DNA of 63,644 bases, the filler included, from Folioceros fuciformis (taxonomy: Eukaryota): the NCBI GenBank assembly GCA_049999805.1. It is 3 parts of 2 records of this genome, joined end to end, with 100 filler letters (N's around TTAATTAATTAA, not from the genome) between each part and the next. Parts side by side here need not be neighbours in the genome. Positions count along the whole stretch, not along the records: positions 30,317 to 51,243 come from JBNGIO010006328.1; positions 51,344 to 63,644 come from JBNGIO010006348.1; 1 more part is not named here. One strand, given 5' to 3'. Positions 48,047 through 61,039 of this stretch are shown piece after piece; the first letter of the stretch is position 1; each line of letters begins with the position of its first letter. The notes beneath the pieces are model-generated. The model was given only the letters and a program-made list of their open reading frames with translations. It did not search any database and was not told where the DNA came from. A program made the position numbers and the translations under genes.

Positions 48047-50661
48047 TCACTTATCAGTTATCAACTCGAACTTGCTGGTCTTAGAGAGCCCTTGACTGTG
48101 AAGGGTGTCGTAAGTCTCTGTACACACGATGGCGAAGGTGGATAAGGCGTCAAACACATGGGGCAGCCCTGTCTGGAAGCTCGACAAGGTCACTGAGCGC
48201 GTGTCCTGGATGGCCTTGCCCACGTTGATATCCTCCTCTTCCAGCCTCTTCCTCAAAGCTTCCACTTGCGCCTTGCGCTCCACGAAGTAAGGATTCTCTG
48301 GTGGTGACGCCGTCGCCTCCTCCACGATGTCCGACTTCTCATCGGAATCCGATGTGGGAGGGGGGATCCATGGTTCCACATACTTCTTCTCGTAGTTGTT
48401 CAAAGCCAGGATCTTCTTGTCCAGCTCTTTCTCTGTTGCCTCCTTCCGCTTTTGTTGCCGTTGCTCCTCTACTTGGATAGCGACGATAGTGCGCACCACT
48501 CCGATGAAGCTGGTGATTCCCTCGGAGGCACATGCATATGGAAGGCGGTCCAGAGCCTGCTGCCACTCCTGACACAAGGTGAAGACAGGGGCCACACCTG
48601 CTATCGCGGGAAGACCTGACTTATCTTTCACATCTTGTTCTTCCGACACAGCCTGCATCATACTCAACCTCAACCATCCGTTGAGATTGCTCATATACTC
48701 TTTCTGAGCAGCCATTGCAGTATTGAACGCAGCATGCCATTTCGTTACAGCCGCTTCCAACTCCGCGGTCACCTGCCTCTGATACCCGTTGGTCAGCTCT
48801 AGTGAGCCGGAATCACCCAGGGTCTGAATTTCAAGCACCAGAGCTTTCTGCTTCTGGTGGCACTCGAGCATGTCCTTCCACATTATCTTCATCCTGGACA
48901 CCACCACAATATATGTAAGTTCAGTTACCAGACAGCTTGTTAGGAACTGTTTCGACTTCCGCAAGGTAACAAGGCCGGAAAAATATACCCTTCAAGCAGC
49001 TCCAGTAACTGCGGATACAATTCCTCGTCTCTCAACTCCTGAATTTTCGCCAGAGCTCCATCTACAGCTTGGAAAGCTACCATCACTCGAGTTTGCAGGC
49101 TTTTTATTAGCACCCTTGTCTTTTCCATCACGAGAGGATCTTCCCCCCGGGCTTCCTGATGCCTCAATTGCACCACCTTCTTAGCAAGCTCGACCCGGAT
49201 GATCTCAGCGCCCTACACAAGGTACCAGAAGTAATTATGGAACCGAGTTGAACTGAGCCAACAGAAATCAGGGCTGAATAATCGCAACCCGACTTAAGTA
49301 CCTTTACTTCGTCGAAAAGCTTCTTCTCCCAAGCGAACAACCTGTCCAAAGTTGCTGCATGACTACCCATCGCCCCACATTCATCATGGGAAAGGCTTTC
49401 ATCACCTCCACTTTTCACCGACAGCAAAGACTTCGAAGATGCAGATTTGCTGAAGAACGTCAGTGACGAGTTGAAGACTCTCGATGAATTTTCGAAATAA
49501 CCTGGAATGTAATTCAGTACAATTAACGGAAAACGTTTCACAAACATAGCACTCAGCCCTGGTGGACGAACGTACACCCCTCACGAGCCTGCGACTCAAA
49601 TGTAACAGGCGCAACCACGAAATGCACCACAGGACTTTCAGATCCGTAACTAAGACCCACGGTTTGCAGTCCTCCACTATCGAGCAAGAAGCCATTCCAC
49701 GAGAGCCAGGAGGTTAGAGAAACGCCTTAAGCTCGGCTCCATCTCATGAAAGGAGTAGATAGGAAGCATAAGGAGTACCTTTGTTCTGCGCGAAATTGGA
49801 GAGGTAATGTACTTTCCGTGTCTCCAACATGCGACTCATTTGATCACCGCATCCGGCGACCCTTGAGAAGAGTTCATCCACGTCTTTGAGGACTCCAACG
49901 AGGTCCCGTCCATTGGAGGAAGCCACCATAGCAAGGTCCCTATTTGCCGGAGACTCAACTGCCGTCACCTTGGCCCTCTCAACGACCTTCTCCACGGGCT
50001 GCTGAGTCTGCTCCTTGGCCACGGCGCCCGATTCCTCGGACAGGGTAGGTGGAACCGATTCCCCATCCGCCTTATCCCTAACATCGCCGTCCGACTCCCG
50101 CATTTGCTTCAATTTTCGTTGCTCCTGCAAATGGAAAGGGGGTGCCGGTGGACGAAAGGGATCCAAAAATGCTTGCCAGCTACTACGCGCGGTGGTAGGT
50201 GGAGGAGGTGGCCGGCCAACGTGCGGAGCACTCTGCCAGCTTTCTTGGGAGGCAGGTTTCGGAGACGCAAGAAGACTAGCCTTGGACGCACCCTTGGACT
50301 TCTTCGCCGGGGAAACAGACGGGAGAATGCTGCTCTCCTTCCGCGACAAACCAACGGAGGGAGGAGGAGACATGGGAGGAGAGCTGGGCGGCGAAGGGAA
50401 AGACGGAGGAGAGGAAGGAGCCAACGAAAGAACATCCACCGACGCGGGAGTTGCTGGTACCTGGCTGGCATCTTGCCCTTCTTCATCCCCTTGCGCAAAT
50501 CGGCGCACTGCAACTCCCGTACTCTGCAGCGCCTGGAGATACTGGATGTGCGCCACGGCGAAGGCATGCCGAGCAGTCACAGCCTGCTTCATAAACCTCT
50601 TTCTCGCCTTGCACCGTGCCACAGTCTCCTCATTCTCCACTTTTGAGCTCACACACCCCAT
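48047..50661 (-). CDS. DUF630/DUF632 protein (NRG2/APSR1-like family), multi-exon
   Basis: N-terminal MGCVSSK...VARCKARKRFMKQAV...HIQYLQAL (DUF630); SHAATLDRLFAWEKKLFDEVK, LRDEELYPQLLELLEG and MWKDMLECH (DUF632). Confidence 0.92.
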
Positions 50662-51565
50662 GGTTGCCGATGCGGCTGGCGCAAGCACAACCTCTTCCCC
50701 CCTTTCAGCACCAACTTCTTCCTCCCGGATTTCAGCACCAGCCAAAGCTCACCACTATCCACCTCAACGCATTCCCTCCCTGACACCACACACCTACCTA
50801 TCTACCTACCTACCCGTCCAACACGCAGTCAATCCCCCTCTCTCGCACCTCACAATTCCGCTTCCTCCCTCACACCGCAGACACAAAACCAAACCTTCAC
50901 GCAAACAAAACCAAGGCTAGCCAAAAGACGAGGATCTTGAACCTAAACACCAGCCCGATCACTCCCGCACACAATGCAGCCCCGTACTCTATCTGTCCCT
51001 CACCAAACTACACACTCCTCTCGAACAATTCCGCACACCGTAAGCTCAAATTTGGAACCCTGCCAGCCTCCGATCCCACTCCCGCCAATCTTTTTTACGA
51101 AATTTTCACGCTGTCAGGCCAAGTAGTCCGCACATCCAGCTCCTCTCGCGCATTCCAGAATATTTCACACCGGTCCAGCCACACGCATTCCTCAAATTGC
51201 AGCCCGCACGCACGAAAGAAGCCTCCCGTTGCAAGAGCGCCGCNNNNNNNNNNNNNNNNNNNNNNNNNNNNNNNNNNNNNNNNNNNNTTAATTAATTAAN
51301 NNNNNNNNNNNNNNNNNNNNNNNNNNNNNNNNNNNNNNNNNNNCTATATACATGTAGATACCTAATGAATTCTAACTTTTTCCTTGGCCCTTGATATGGA
51401 AATGTTGTCACTTCAATGAGAAAATGTACTACATATAGTAAATATGCTTAATAAATCCTAACTTTTCCTTGGCTCTTGACATGGAAATGTTACTTCCTTT
51501 AGTTTCGACCAGGACACTCACTACATATACCTGCAAAGCCTATCTAGAAGCTTATTTCAAATAGT

Positions 51566-52132
51566 ATGAAGCAAATTGCTATGGCTAACAGCTCTTCAAT
51601 CTATGATATATCTACATATGTTCTTCAAAATGAAGAAGCCCATGTTGATTCCAAAGTGACTTGTGCAATTTGCCTTGATAGTCTTGAAGTAGGCCAAGAG
51701 ATTGCTAAAGTAAACACATGTGCTCATTCATATCATAAAAAATGTATAGATCGATGGTTGCAGAATCAGGCAACAACACATACATGCCCACTATGTAGGC
51801 AGGAAATCCGCATTAGAGAAGAGAATATACAACACTTTTTACCATCTTTAGGTCAAAGTGATGATTCAAATGCATTGATTAACACTTCACCATCAGAAGA
51901 TGATTATCAACTGATACGAGATTTCATGAATGGGATAACAGAAATGGATGAAAATTTGTATAGGCGCGTTGCCAACATGTTGGTACAACATAGAGAAAGT
52001 GCAATCCCAAGTAGCAATGAAGATGAGAGGAGTTTCTTGTATCTTGAACTGCAATGGAGCCTAGCTATGTTTGAAGAGAGTGACGGGGCTCTAGTACCTT
52101 GGGTACTAGATACCATAGCCTATCCCTTATAG
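51566..52132 (+). CDS. RING-H2 finger protein (putative E3 ligase), intronless and AT-rich
   Basis: CAICLD-x-CAHSYHKKCIDRWL-x-CPLCR. Confidence 0.75.
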   Translation: MKQIAMANSSSIYDISTYVLQNEEAHVDSKVTCAICLDSLEVGQEIAKVNTCAHSYHKKCIDRWLQNQATTHTCPLCRQEIRIREENIQHFLPSLGQSDDSNALINTSPSEDDYQLIRDFMNGITEMDENLYRRVANMLVQHRESAIPSSNEDERSFLYLELQWSLAMFEESDGALVPWVLDTIAYPL

Positions 52133-52309
52133 TGAGTATTATGTATATGTTACCACCATACCTTGATGGATATAATCCTCTGATTTGTGTGAAAAAAATA
52201 TATACTTGAAGTAATAAATTAAATTTATTATAATTCTATAAAGTTATTAAATAAATGATATATTTCTTCAGTATCATTAAATTATTAGTTTTCTAATTAA
52301 ATTTAATAT

Positions 52310-52882
52310 TGCGAGGGAGTAACAACGTTGGTTTGAGTGCCAAGTAAGCTCCATGCAAAGGCATGTTTAGCATAGCAGGTAACTAAGAGAGCATGAGAAG
52401 AATGCAACCCTAGGAAAAAGTGTGTGGTAGTGAATAATAGCTTAAGGCTTAAGTAAGTGCTTAAGTAAGTAGTTGCTAAGTTAGTGACTTGAGCTTGTGT
52501 ATAAAAGGGGACCTAGCCAAGGGCTAAGGGAAGTTCAGTACAATGAGTTGAGATGAGTATCTCCTCAAAGCCTTGAGAGCAATGGGTGCTTGGGCTATAC
52601 CTTGAGAGCATGTGTTGCTTGGGCTGTGAGAGCACATCAAAGCTCCTGTGAAGGAGCTGTGGGAGGAGGCCAAGAGAAGGGAGAGCTAAACTCCTAGCTT
52701 AGGCAAAGATGGAGGCCTAGTGCTGTGTCCGGTGTTTAAACCTGACCCAGTATTTAAACCTGACCCTTGCTTTGGCTTCTAACTGCGTGGTTCTGGCCCA
52801 CCCCGTTGAAGGGGTGTCACTGAGGGCCTTGTTTTAAAATATAGACCGGAATAGGAGAGAACCTTAGGAACGGGACTTCACA
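52310..52882 (+). mobile_element. Possible solo LTR
   Basis: TG...CA ends (TGCGAG / CTTCACA), internal TATAAAAGGGG and short internal repeats; sharp boundary with AT-rich DNA; no target-site duplication found. Confidence 0.35.
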
Positions 52883-53550
52883 TTAAAAGACCAAAGCGAG
52901 GCCTCCACCACGGAAACAAACAAGCAACGAACACGAAAGTGACACCATGAAAAACCGTTAGAAACACCCCGCTCTTAAGTTCCAATCCGCTCACAACGTG
53001 AAGGCTCATCCTTCCTGGCTCGTTCGATTTCATCACGCTCTGGAACTCACAACCTGGCAGGAATTAGAATCAAACTCCCGCAACTCCAAGCAAGTGAGCT
53101 CCTTGAAGGGTCGCAGGTACCGGTTTCCAGAAACTGCGCATTTTTGTCTTTGAAGCAAGCAGTCCTCAGCATACCAAACCCTTGCTCCCTTCTTCACCTT
53201 GTCGACAGTCATTCAGCTTGCTCGCCAAGCATAGAGGAATCAGGACTTTCTTGGATGAAAGCAGTCCCCGAGATGCTCAATCCTTCCATTTTTCTTGTTG
53301 GCACACTGTAGAGGAGTGCTTTTCTCGTTACAAAAGAAGTGTGAACTGCTGCTCCTGGTCATGGGCCTGCTAGTCATTCGGGCCTCTACTGAAAAGATGA
53401 GTCTCTTAAGGCAATGATTGCTCTATGAATACGGTTAGACTTGCGCTCATCAGTTACGTCTTGCAACTTGAGACCCTAAGCTCTGAGAACAGGACTTGGA
53501 GAACACAAAGCATTCTGGTCCTTGATGATGGCAGGACATGCTAGAGGAAC

Positions 53551-53590
53551 GGGTTTAGGGTTTAGGGTTTAGGGACCCTAAACCCTAAAC
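53551..53590. repeat. Short inverted interstitial telomeric repeats (TTTAGGG)n-A-(CCCTAAA)n
   Basis: GGGTTTAGGGTTTAGGGTTTAGGG A CCCTAAACCCTAAAC. Confidence 0.85.
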
Positions 53591-53879
53591 ACACCTTGTT
53601 GCAACTTCAACACAAAATATAATCAGAAGCTCTTGATCAGAGAACTTGAGGCTACCCACTCCTATGAAGAATTGAGGCAGATATAGGAATAATTGGAAAT
53701 GCTGGACCAGTCTGGACCTGCAATGGATCAGACAAGGAATAGCTGTAGCCACAACTGGCACGATGAAGGGAGGGCATAATCTAAACCCTGTTCTTGTTTT
53801 TGGGAGTCCTGAGGCTCATGATCTCGGCACAGTAACAAGTCTTGATACATGGCACTCATCGTTGGCTGCAGCAGTTTGA

Positions 53880-54250
53880 TCTTGTTGTCAAAGTCCAAGA
53901 TAATTCTCAAGGCTGAATACCAGTAAGTAACATATGCTCGCAACAAGCTATTGCCTTGTGTCCTCCCATGAAGCACCGTACCCATGGCCCCACATTTGTT
54001 GTCTCTAATGGCGAAGAAGAAAAAAAAAAGGGTCTTTCTCGCGTGCATCTTAAGAGAACACCACAATGCGCATAAATTTCCACGAGGTGGTCACCACCAC
54101 TAACGTTATTCACAGGCGCTCTTTCCGCAAGTCGGGAGTACAGCTGTCTGCCCCTCTGTAAAGCACCAGTGCTTCCACAGAATGCAACCAAGAGCAACAT
54201 GAGGGCCCCGCCACCTGCATGCGTTCAGAGACGGCAAGTGCCTCTTCACA
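53880..54250 (-). pseudogene. Degenerate PPR fragment
   Basis: LLVAFCGSTGALQRGRQLYSRLAER...HLVEIYAHCG resembles PLS PPR motifs. Confidence 0.5.
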
Positions 54251-55004
54251 CACTCCATGCTGGATAATCCTCGAGGCCCCGCAATTTAAATGCGTACTTG
54301 GCCACCGGGCAGGCGCCAGATGTCATTGAGGCAGCACGTCCTCACCTTTTTCAAAATGCACTCACAGCTTTTAGAACGATAAACGGATTGTTCGCCTTTC
54401 GCATATGCAAGCAATCTGACTTTTTCCCCCGCGGCAGGCATGGTGCACTATGTGTATTCGAGGTACAGTGTGGTCGATTCGAAGGAACTCGAAAGGGCAT
54501 TCTCATTCAACGCGCTTGGTCCGGACCAACCGCGTTTTCTCCTGATGAGTCCAAAGGAAGGGATGACGATGAATGGGGTAGGAACCTAGGTGAGCTGAGC
54601 TCAGGTGGTGGGTCCTACCGTCCACAAACCTACCTACTGCATCTACCTTCTATCTAAAGGAAGGCATCTTTCGTGCACGCAGCAGTGTAGCAGGAGTCGT
54701 GTCCTGTTGTGACAAGTAGGTGGGAGAGAATTGGAAGGAGGGCTGGAAGCAGCAGCTAAGAAAAGTTTAGGCTTTCCTGTCCGCGATGCTGGCCCAGTCA
54801 GTCCACAACACCTAGGCGTGGTTGGATAAACTACTGTGTGCAAGTATGGAGGAGGAATATCCACTGGTCACAGACAGACACAGAACGTGGGGACTGGGAA
54901 AAGCCACGCACGCTCAAGCCTTGATGAGTGGAGTGTGAGTGAGGCCTGTCAGCTCAGTTGCCGGCTACCACTCAACCCTCTCGTCTTCCGGAGATTCAAG
55001 AGTC

Positions 55005-55310
55005 TTGTATGGTGTCCCAATCCTCCCTGAGTGTGTGTGCTGTCAGGCTAACGTCCCCAAGCGTATCGTTCTCTGGGGTCCCTATCCTCTTCGAGTGTGT
55101 GTGCTGTGAGGTTGGTGTCCCCGTCCCCGAGCCTATCGTCGTGTGATCTGTCAATCCTCGCCAAGTGTGTGCTTGTGAGGTTGCTGTCTCCTGGCCTAAC
55201 TTCGTCTGGTTTCCCAATTCTCGCCTAGTGTGTGCTTGTGAGGTCGCTGTACCGTAGCCTATCCTTGTCTGGTGTCCCAATCCTCGAGTGTGTGCCGTGA
55301 GGTTGCTGCC
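55005..55310. repeat. Imperfect tandem repeats (about 60-70 bp) upstream of the Roco-like gene
   Basis: Recurring TGGTGTCCCAATCCTC...GTGTGTGC(T)TGTGAGGTTG units. Confidence 0.65.
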
Positions 55311-55376
55311 CCTGCTGCACAACGGATGATACATACATCTAAGGTGCATGGATTGCGAAGCGCAGCTTAGCACAGC

Positions 55377-58300
55377 ATGGCGGAGGAGGAGGACTGTGAC
55401 TCTCGCGAGTTGCCGGATAAGCTGCAACAGCTGCTGGAAGATGTGGAACGCAATGCCTTATCAAAACTACCCTGCTTGCACGGAGAGAAGTACGGCGATT
55501 TTTTCAGAAGGGGAGCTTCAGCGAGGACGGATGGCAGGCGCTGGCGAGTGCGCAAGCGCGTATTGACGTCTATTGGCCAGTGCCACAGTCTCCGCGGCGG
55601 TCGGAAGATCCTGTCGATGTGGGAAATCGGCATTGCTCGGGAGGATAAATGCGCGGTTCTGTTGGGGGCCCTGGCTACCAACCCTTACCTTGAAGCCATT
55701 GATCTGGGTGGGTGCCAAGGTTTTGGAACGCTGGCGGGTTGCAAGGCCCTGGGCCAGCTTATTGCTTCCAGTGGCAGCTTGCGACGGCTGGAGGCACCCG
55801 AGATTGGCCTTGATGTCGCTGGACTTGGTGCCCCTGTCGAAGGCGTCAACGAGGATTCTGTCCTGGAGTATTTGGAGCGAGGCTGCAATAGAGTGGGAGA
55901 TGGTGAAAGGGCACAGCACGTGGTTCGCATGCTGGCCACCGCTTCCCGTCTCAATGCCCTGTATCTCTATGGGATCGGCATGGATGAGGCGGGTGCCCAG
56001 TGTATTGCAACCGCACTTCCGGTCTGCGCCTCGCTCCGGGAGATTTGTTTGGGTCGGCGTAAGACATGTGGGGATTCGGTACTGGGCAGCCTGGGGCCCT
56101 TGAGCACAGTGTTGAAACTAGCTTTCACCCGTGATGATGGTGATGTGCATGCGCCATATCTGGGGTCACCAAGCTGTCATTGTATACCCGGAACAGTGAG
56201 GAGCGAGGCCTGGCCGACGCGCTGGCCGGAATGTTGCGCACCAACGATTGTATCACAGAGCTTATCAACAACGTTTTTGCAGTCCAGTGCGGCTTAGACG
56301 TCTGGCGCCACAACTCCACCCTCTCCAATTTTCAGTTGTTTGGCTATCCCGAGTCGTCAAGTGAATTTTCGGTGTCGTTTCTGGAATGCAAATCATTATG
56401 CATCCTGATCTTGAACTGGAGTTACTGGCCCTCTTTGATGATAGTCCTGGTGCAGTCTTTGGAGAAAAATACAGCCTTGAATCAGCTCAACATTCTGCAA
56501 TGGTACGAACTCGAAGATAAGCTCTCCAGAGAGTCGATGCACTCCTTGCAAGGCAACACCACTTTGCAGAAGATACTCGTAGGGGACACAAACTGGGAGA
56601 GGGAGGGAAAGCAGGCCATCATCAACGCGACGTTGGCACGCACAGTTACTCACAGGGGCTACTGGCCTCCTCTTTTAGAGGGGCAAGAGGCTGTGAAGCG
56701 CAGGGTTGGGCGCCTTTTCCTGTGCGGTGCACTTCACGCAGGGAAGACTACTCTCCGCACCACGTTGATTGCCGCATGGCGCGCGTTGCAACCACACACA
56801 TCACATTGTGCAGGATCTGCATCACCCAAAGTTGGATTCGGGGAACAACTGTCTCTAGCTTGGAAACGTCCGTGGTTCGGTAATGTTTCACTGGCAGGAG
56901 CTGCATTACCCGATCAGGGGTGGACTGTCCCCAGAACGGAAGGCATAGAGATGGAGATGCTGCACAACGACTATGAGATGGAAGTTACCATCTGGGATCT
57001 GGCTGGGAAAGCTCAGTACCGAGCTCTGCAAGATTACTTATTCCGGAGCTTCAACCAGACATGTGTCTTCCTGTTGAGATCTAACCCACTTGATGCCTGC
57101 AATCCTGGCGAACGCCTTCCGTCTGAGAAAATGCTGCTGGACAAGTTCAGAAACAGCTTCAAGTTTTGGCTTAGATTCATCCACTCTAATTCTCGCAACG
57201 TGGGTTCCTGCTTGCTTCGGGTATGTGTGGTTGTCACTCATAAGGATGAGATGGAGCATCTGTACGCTGAATCGCCAGTCGGTCTGCAGCAACCAGTCGT
57301 GGATGAGTTAGCCAAGACTTTCGAGGAGATACCTATCAGGACAATGCCTGTCATCATGGATGGCCGATCTAAACAGACTGTTCAGCCCTTGCTAGAGCAG
57401 CTATTCCAGTCATTTCAAGAGCTTCTTACGCTTCCTCTGTTTTGGGTCTCGGAGGCATGCAACGGATGCAGTGCGAGTTTGACTCACTGGGTATCTCAGA
57501 ATCCGGCTCAGCCTCTGATGACCAGGGAGAGATGCAAAAAGCTGTTCATCACAGATGATGAGCAACGCGTTCAAGCAATTCTTGCCTATCAGCACAATGC
57601 AGGCCGGGTCATCTGGTTTCAAGATGTTGATGTTGTGGTGGTGAATCCACACTGGATCAGTCATTCGTTCCTGGGCCACCTCATTCACCTTCTAACGGGA
57701 CCATCGATGTCGGAGAGATCGCCAGACCGTGGATTTGTTGCCGAAAACCTGAAGGACATTTTGGCCCGGATTCTCATGTATATGCAGGCGGCCGATAGGA
57801 TTCGTGTTCAAGATCTGGTATCATTGATGACGAGACTACACCTGTGCTATCGAGATGGTGCGAATTCAAGGCTTAGATTCTTCGTTCCCTTCACCTTGGA
57901 CAATGCCAAAGGTACAGTTCTTCAAGGGAAACGACAGTTAGACTGGAAGGGAGGTGCGGCGTCCAAGTACAATTACGTTGGGAGGCGGCTACAATGTCGA
58001 GAGGAAAGAAAGACGTTTTTTGGTCCAGGCTGCTTTCCAAGATTCCAGGTACGTTGCCTTCTGAGCTGTCTCTTTTGTTAGTCATTTAGCCTCTCTTGCG
58101 TTTCATGACATGGCCATTGGTTGTGCATTGCAGGTCAAGTGACAACAGATCTTGTTCCATTGGCTTTGCGGAATGAAGTCTCAGCAATACAGTATTGCAT
58201 GTAACTTGATCACATTTAACTTTAGTGGTATGGACGTATTTTCGGAGAGGAGTGGGGATATTGAGGAGGAGACCGGGGATATTGGGGATCATGTTGACAC

Positions 58301-58715
58301 TTTGATGAGCTCGTTAAAGAGCAAAGACGAAAGTGTCCAGCTCCTCCAAAAGCGCATCGTTGCAAAACTGAGAGCATTTTGTGCTTCTCCTGAAAGTAGT
58401 CCTGGAGTTGAACTAGTAGAAGGGGTCATCAGAACTGAGTGTGTGGAGAAGCCTACTCTCTGTATTCTCCGACACAATCAACCGGTTCTCATACAGCATT
58501 TGATGAAGTGCTGTCTAGATCATCACAAAAGCCATGCAGGGCAGACTTCCTCTGGCTCGGATTCATCCGATGATCGATGGTGCTGGCCAGAATTCCCTGC
58601 CGTCTATCCCTTGTGTATGAGAGGGCCACGGATCTCTTAAGTAGCGATGAGGTGCAGTCTGCCTTGCAAGAGTATCAGCCCCGGTGCATGCAGAGAAGTA
58701 TCTTGCCACGGGGTG
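55377..58715 (+). pseudogene. TORNADO1-like LRR-ROC-COR (Roco) gene, apparently disrupted
   Basis: RI-type LRRs; ROC G1 GALHAGKTT, switch RTEGIE, G3 IWDLAGK, G4 VVTHKD; COR motifs VVVNPHW, FFVPFTL, YVGRRLQC, FPRFQV and CASPESSPGVELVEGVIRTECV; frame break near 56180-56297, in-frame TGA at 58140 after intron 58049-58133, further frame break near 58600. Confidence 0.82.
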
Positions 58716-58967
58716 AGAATTCGACCCTTAAATCATGCGATAGATTTTCTCATCGTCTTCTCTACCAGTTCTGGAGATTTATCCTTCAGAAATGTTGAGG
58801 ATGGCACAAGCTTCATCATAGCTTTCATGAGGGCCATCGTTAATCACTCTGAAGATCAAGATGCGTCGAGCATTCGAATAAGAGTGATTCGCAAGGTCAC
58901 CCAAATGCAGGGAGTGCAGTGTCCTCAGTTCCTCAACTCACTCACTGGAAAGCTATACTGGTCATAA
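58716..58967 (+). pseudogene. Caspase-like small subunit (p10) fragment, copy 1
   Basis: DFLIVFSTSSGDLSFRNVEDGTSFI...QCPQFLNSLTGKLYWS matches the caspase p10 pattern DFL...ST..G..SWR....GSWFI...QMP....LTKKLYF. Confidence 0.7.
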
Positions 58968-59873
58968 CCACCTCACTCCCTGCACATGTTTGGTTGGCTA
59001 GCGTGAGGAGCGTGTGGTCAGGGCCTGTAGTGCCTTCCATCAAGCGTCAGGTATCAAGTGTCTCTCTAGCTGCGTACTGTACTGCCTGGTTGTTGGTGTG
59101 TCGAACTGTTGCTGATACGACCTTCTCACGTCTCCTCCCTTTCTATGCCTGTTTGGCAAGAACGTCCACTCACAGGGTCCTTGTGTGGATGAACAGATGA
59201 TGGGACGTGGAGGCCATGCGTAGGGAGGGAAGATTGTGCTGTGTTCGTACACAGGTGGGAGGTGATTGTTTCAAGAATCAAGTCCAAGTTTGGGGTTTTG
59301 TGGTGTTTACATTGTTCTGTTCACCAGCGTGAGGATGTATGCTTCATCTTCGCTTCCCGACCAGCCAAAAGCTGGAATAGGTAGTCCCTCTCTGAAATCG
59401 CGTCCGGAGGTTGTTTTTTCATGTCACAGTGATAGCAGATCTTGTGATAATTGTATCAGGTTTGCTGGCACGTGTAAGGGCCTTGTCGGGTGTTTTGAGT
59501 TTGGTGTTTGTCGCCGTTTATCCGTGTTAGGAACACATACTTCTCTCTTCCTTTTTCAATAAAACCCGTCGTCGNNNNNNNNNNNNNNNNNNNNNNNNNN
59601 NNNNNNNNNNNNNNNNNNNNNNNNNNNNNNNNNNNNNNNNNNNNNNNNNNNNNNNNNNNNNNNNNNNNNNNNNNGATCCCATCTCATCACATAAAGTGCC
59701 ATAAAGCGAGCAAGTACTATGTCGACCACAGGCACGGCGGCTGCTATGTACTCGGCTGCTCGTAGGCAAGCCACTTCCAAGCAGGAAAAGGTTGTCCAGA
59801 GCATGAAGTCTGGAGAAGAGTGATCTCATCTCAGCTGGACCCGGATCCGAAACAGAGTGCAAAGACGGAACGT
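58716..59873 (+). repeat. Segmental duplication, copy 1 (copy 2 at 62370-63644, running to the window end)
   Basis: Highly similar sequence from AGAATTCGACCCTT through the 3' flank, with scattered substitutions and an N-gap in copy 1. Confidence 0.92.
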
Positions 59874-61039
59874 AAACCTTCGGTTCTGCTTTCGTGCTGC
59901 CTGCAGGAATTGCGAATTGAAGTGAAGTGGAGCAAGGGAAAGCAGAGGAAAAAAAACAAAGAGGATTCCGGTCCAGATCAGGGGAACTGATGACCTGTCC
60001 ACCCTAAAGCCTGCTCCCTGCTCTGCGTCGTGCGAGGGGTATGAGCCAGGCACGAATTCCGCAACTCAGACCGAAAGCAGAAAGCGGGTCGAGGCCGTGC
60101 GCATCATGAGAAGCGGTACAGAGTAACCAAAGTTCTGTCGTTACGAGGAAGGTGAAAATAATGCGATCAGAGCTACAAACAGGTCGTCTCTGGCTATTTC
60201 GCCCTCGACGGCAAGCTTCAAGGTGAGCGAGATCGAGCAAAGGCGGAAGCAATGGCCTCGGGGCAAGGAGCAGATTGTTGCGGGCTGTTTGCGCCGGCAA
60301 CGGAGTAGGAGGCTGTAACGGGAAGAGGTGGAGAAAATGGAGCCCGAAATGGGCTGGATGCCGAGCGCCCTCAGGGCAGAAAGCCGGAACACCGCAGGGT
60401 TGCCGCTAATCGTGGATGGGGGGCAAACAAGAACCCCAAAAAGGGTAAGGTTCCTGTATGGCCCGTGCTTGCCTAGTAGTTGGGCCGGTACGTAGTGTGG
60501 GAAGCGAAACATTAGCGCAGGAAAAGGCAGAGCGTGGCATGAAGAAATGTTTGCTTGGAAGGTGGTGTCATGTTTTCTCTCCATGCGCGCACGGAATTGA
60601 AGTAGCATAAATGTCCTCTTTGGCCTGGACCCTAAAATTCGCGGACGCGCCAAAGGAGACACGTCTAGAATGGCGTAGACCTTAGAAGCCCGAAGCAAGC
60701 CGTAAGCATGTATCGAAGGAGGCTGCTAATGCTACTGCCACAAATGTTTTCCGGTGCAGGTTCGGGTTCAGGTGCAGGTGTCTATGTCCAGGAGGGGGGC
60801 CACTCCTACTTCCTCCAGGCGCAGTCCACTGGCCCCTTGCAGTTCTGCAGCAATTTCCCAGGTCCTGTGCACAGCTTCATTGCTCGCTGTTCAGCAGCTT
60901 TGTAGGCACTGCTCTTCATCGTCCAGGCCGCTACACGAACCCTGGCCCGGCTGCTGTGGGTTTGTGCCGTAACGAGGATGCGTTCGTGAGCGGCCTAGTA
61001 TACTAGTACTGTCCATGCACCTGCGACAGCGGTCCCGGA

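Noticed and set aside
50015-50920. 301-aa ORF on the + strand
   Set aside because: Antisense to the first exon of the DUF630/DUF632 gene.
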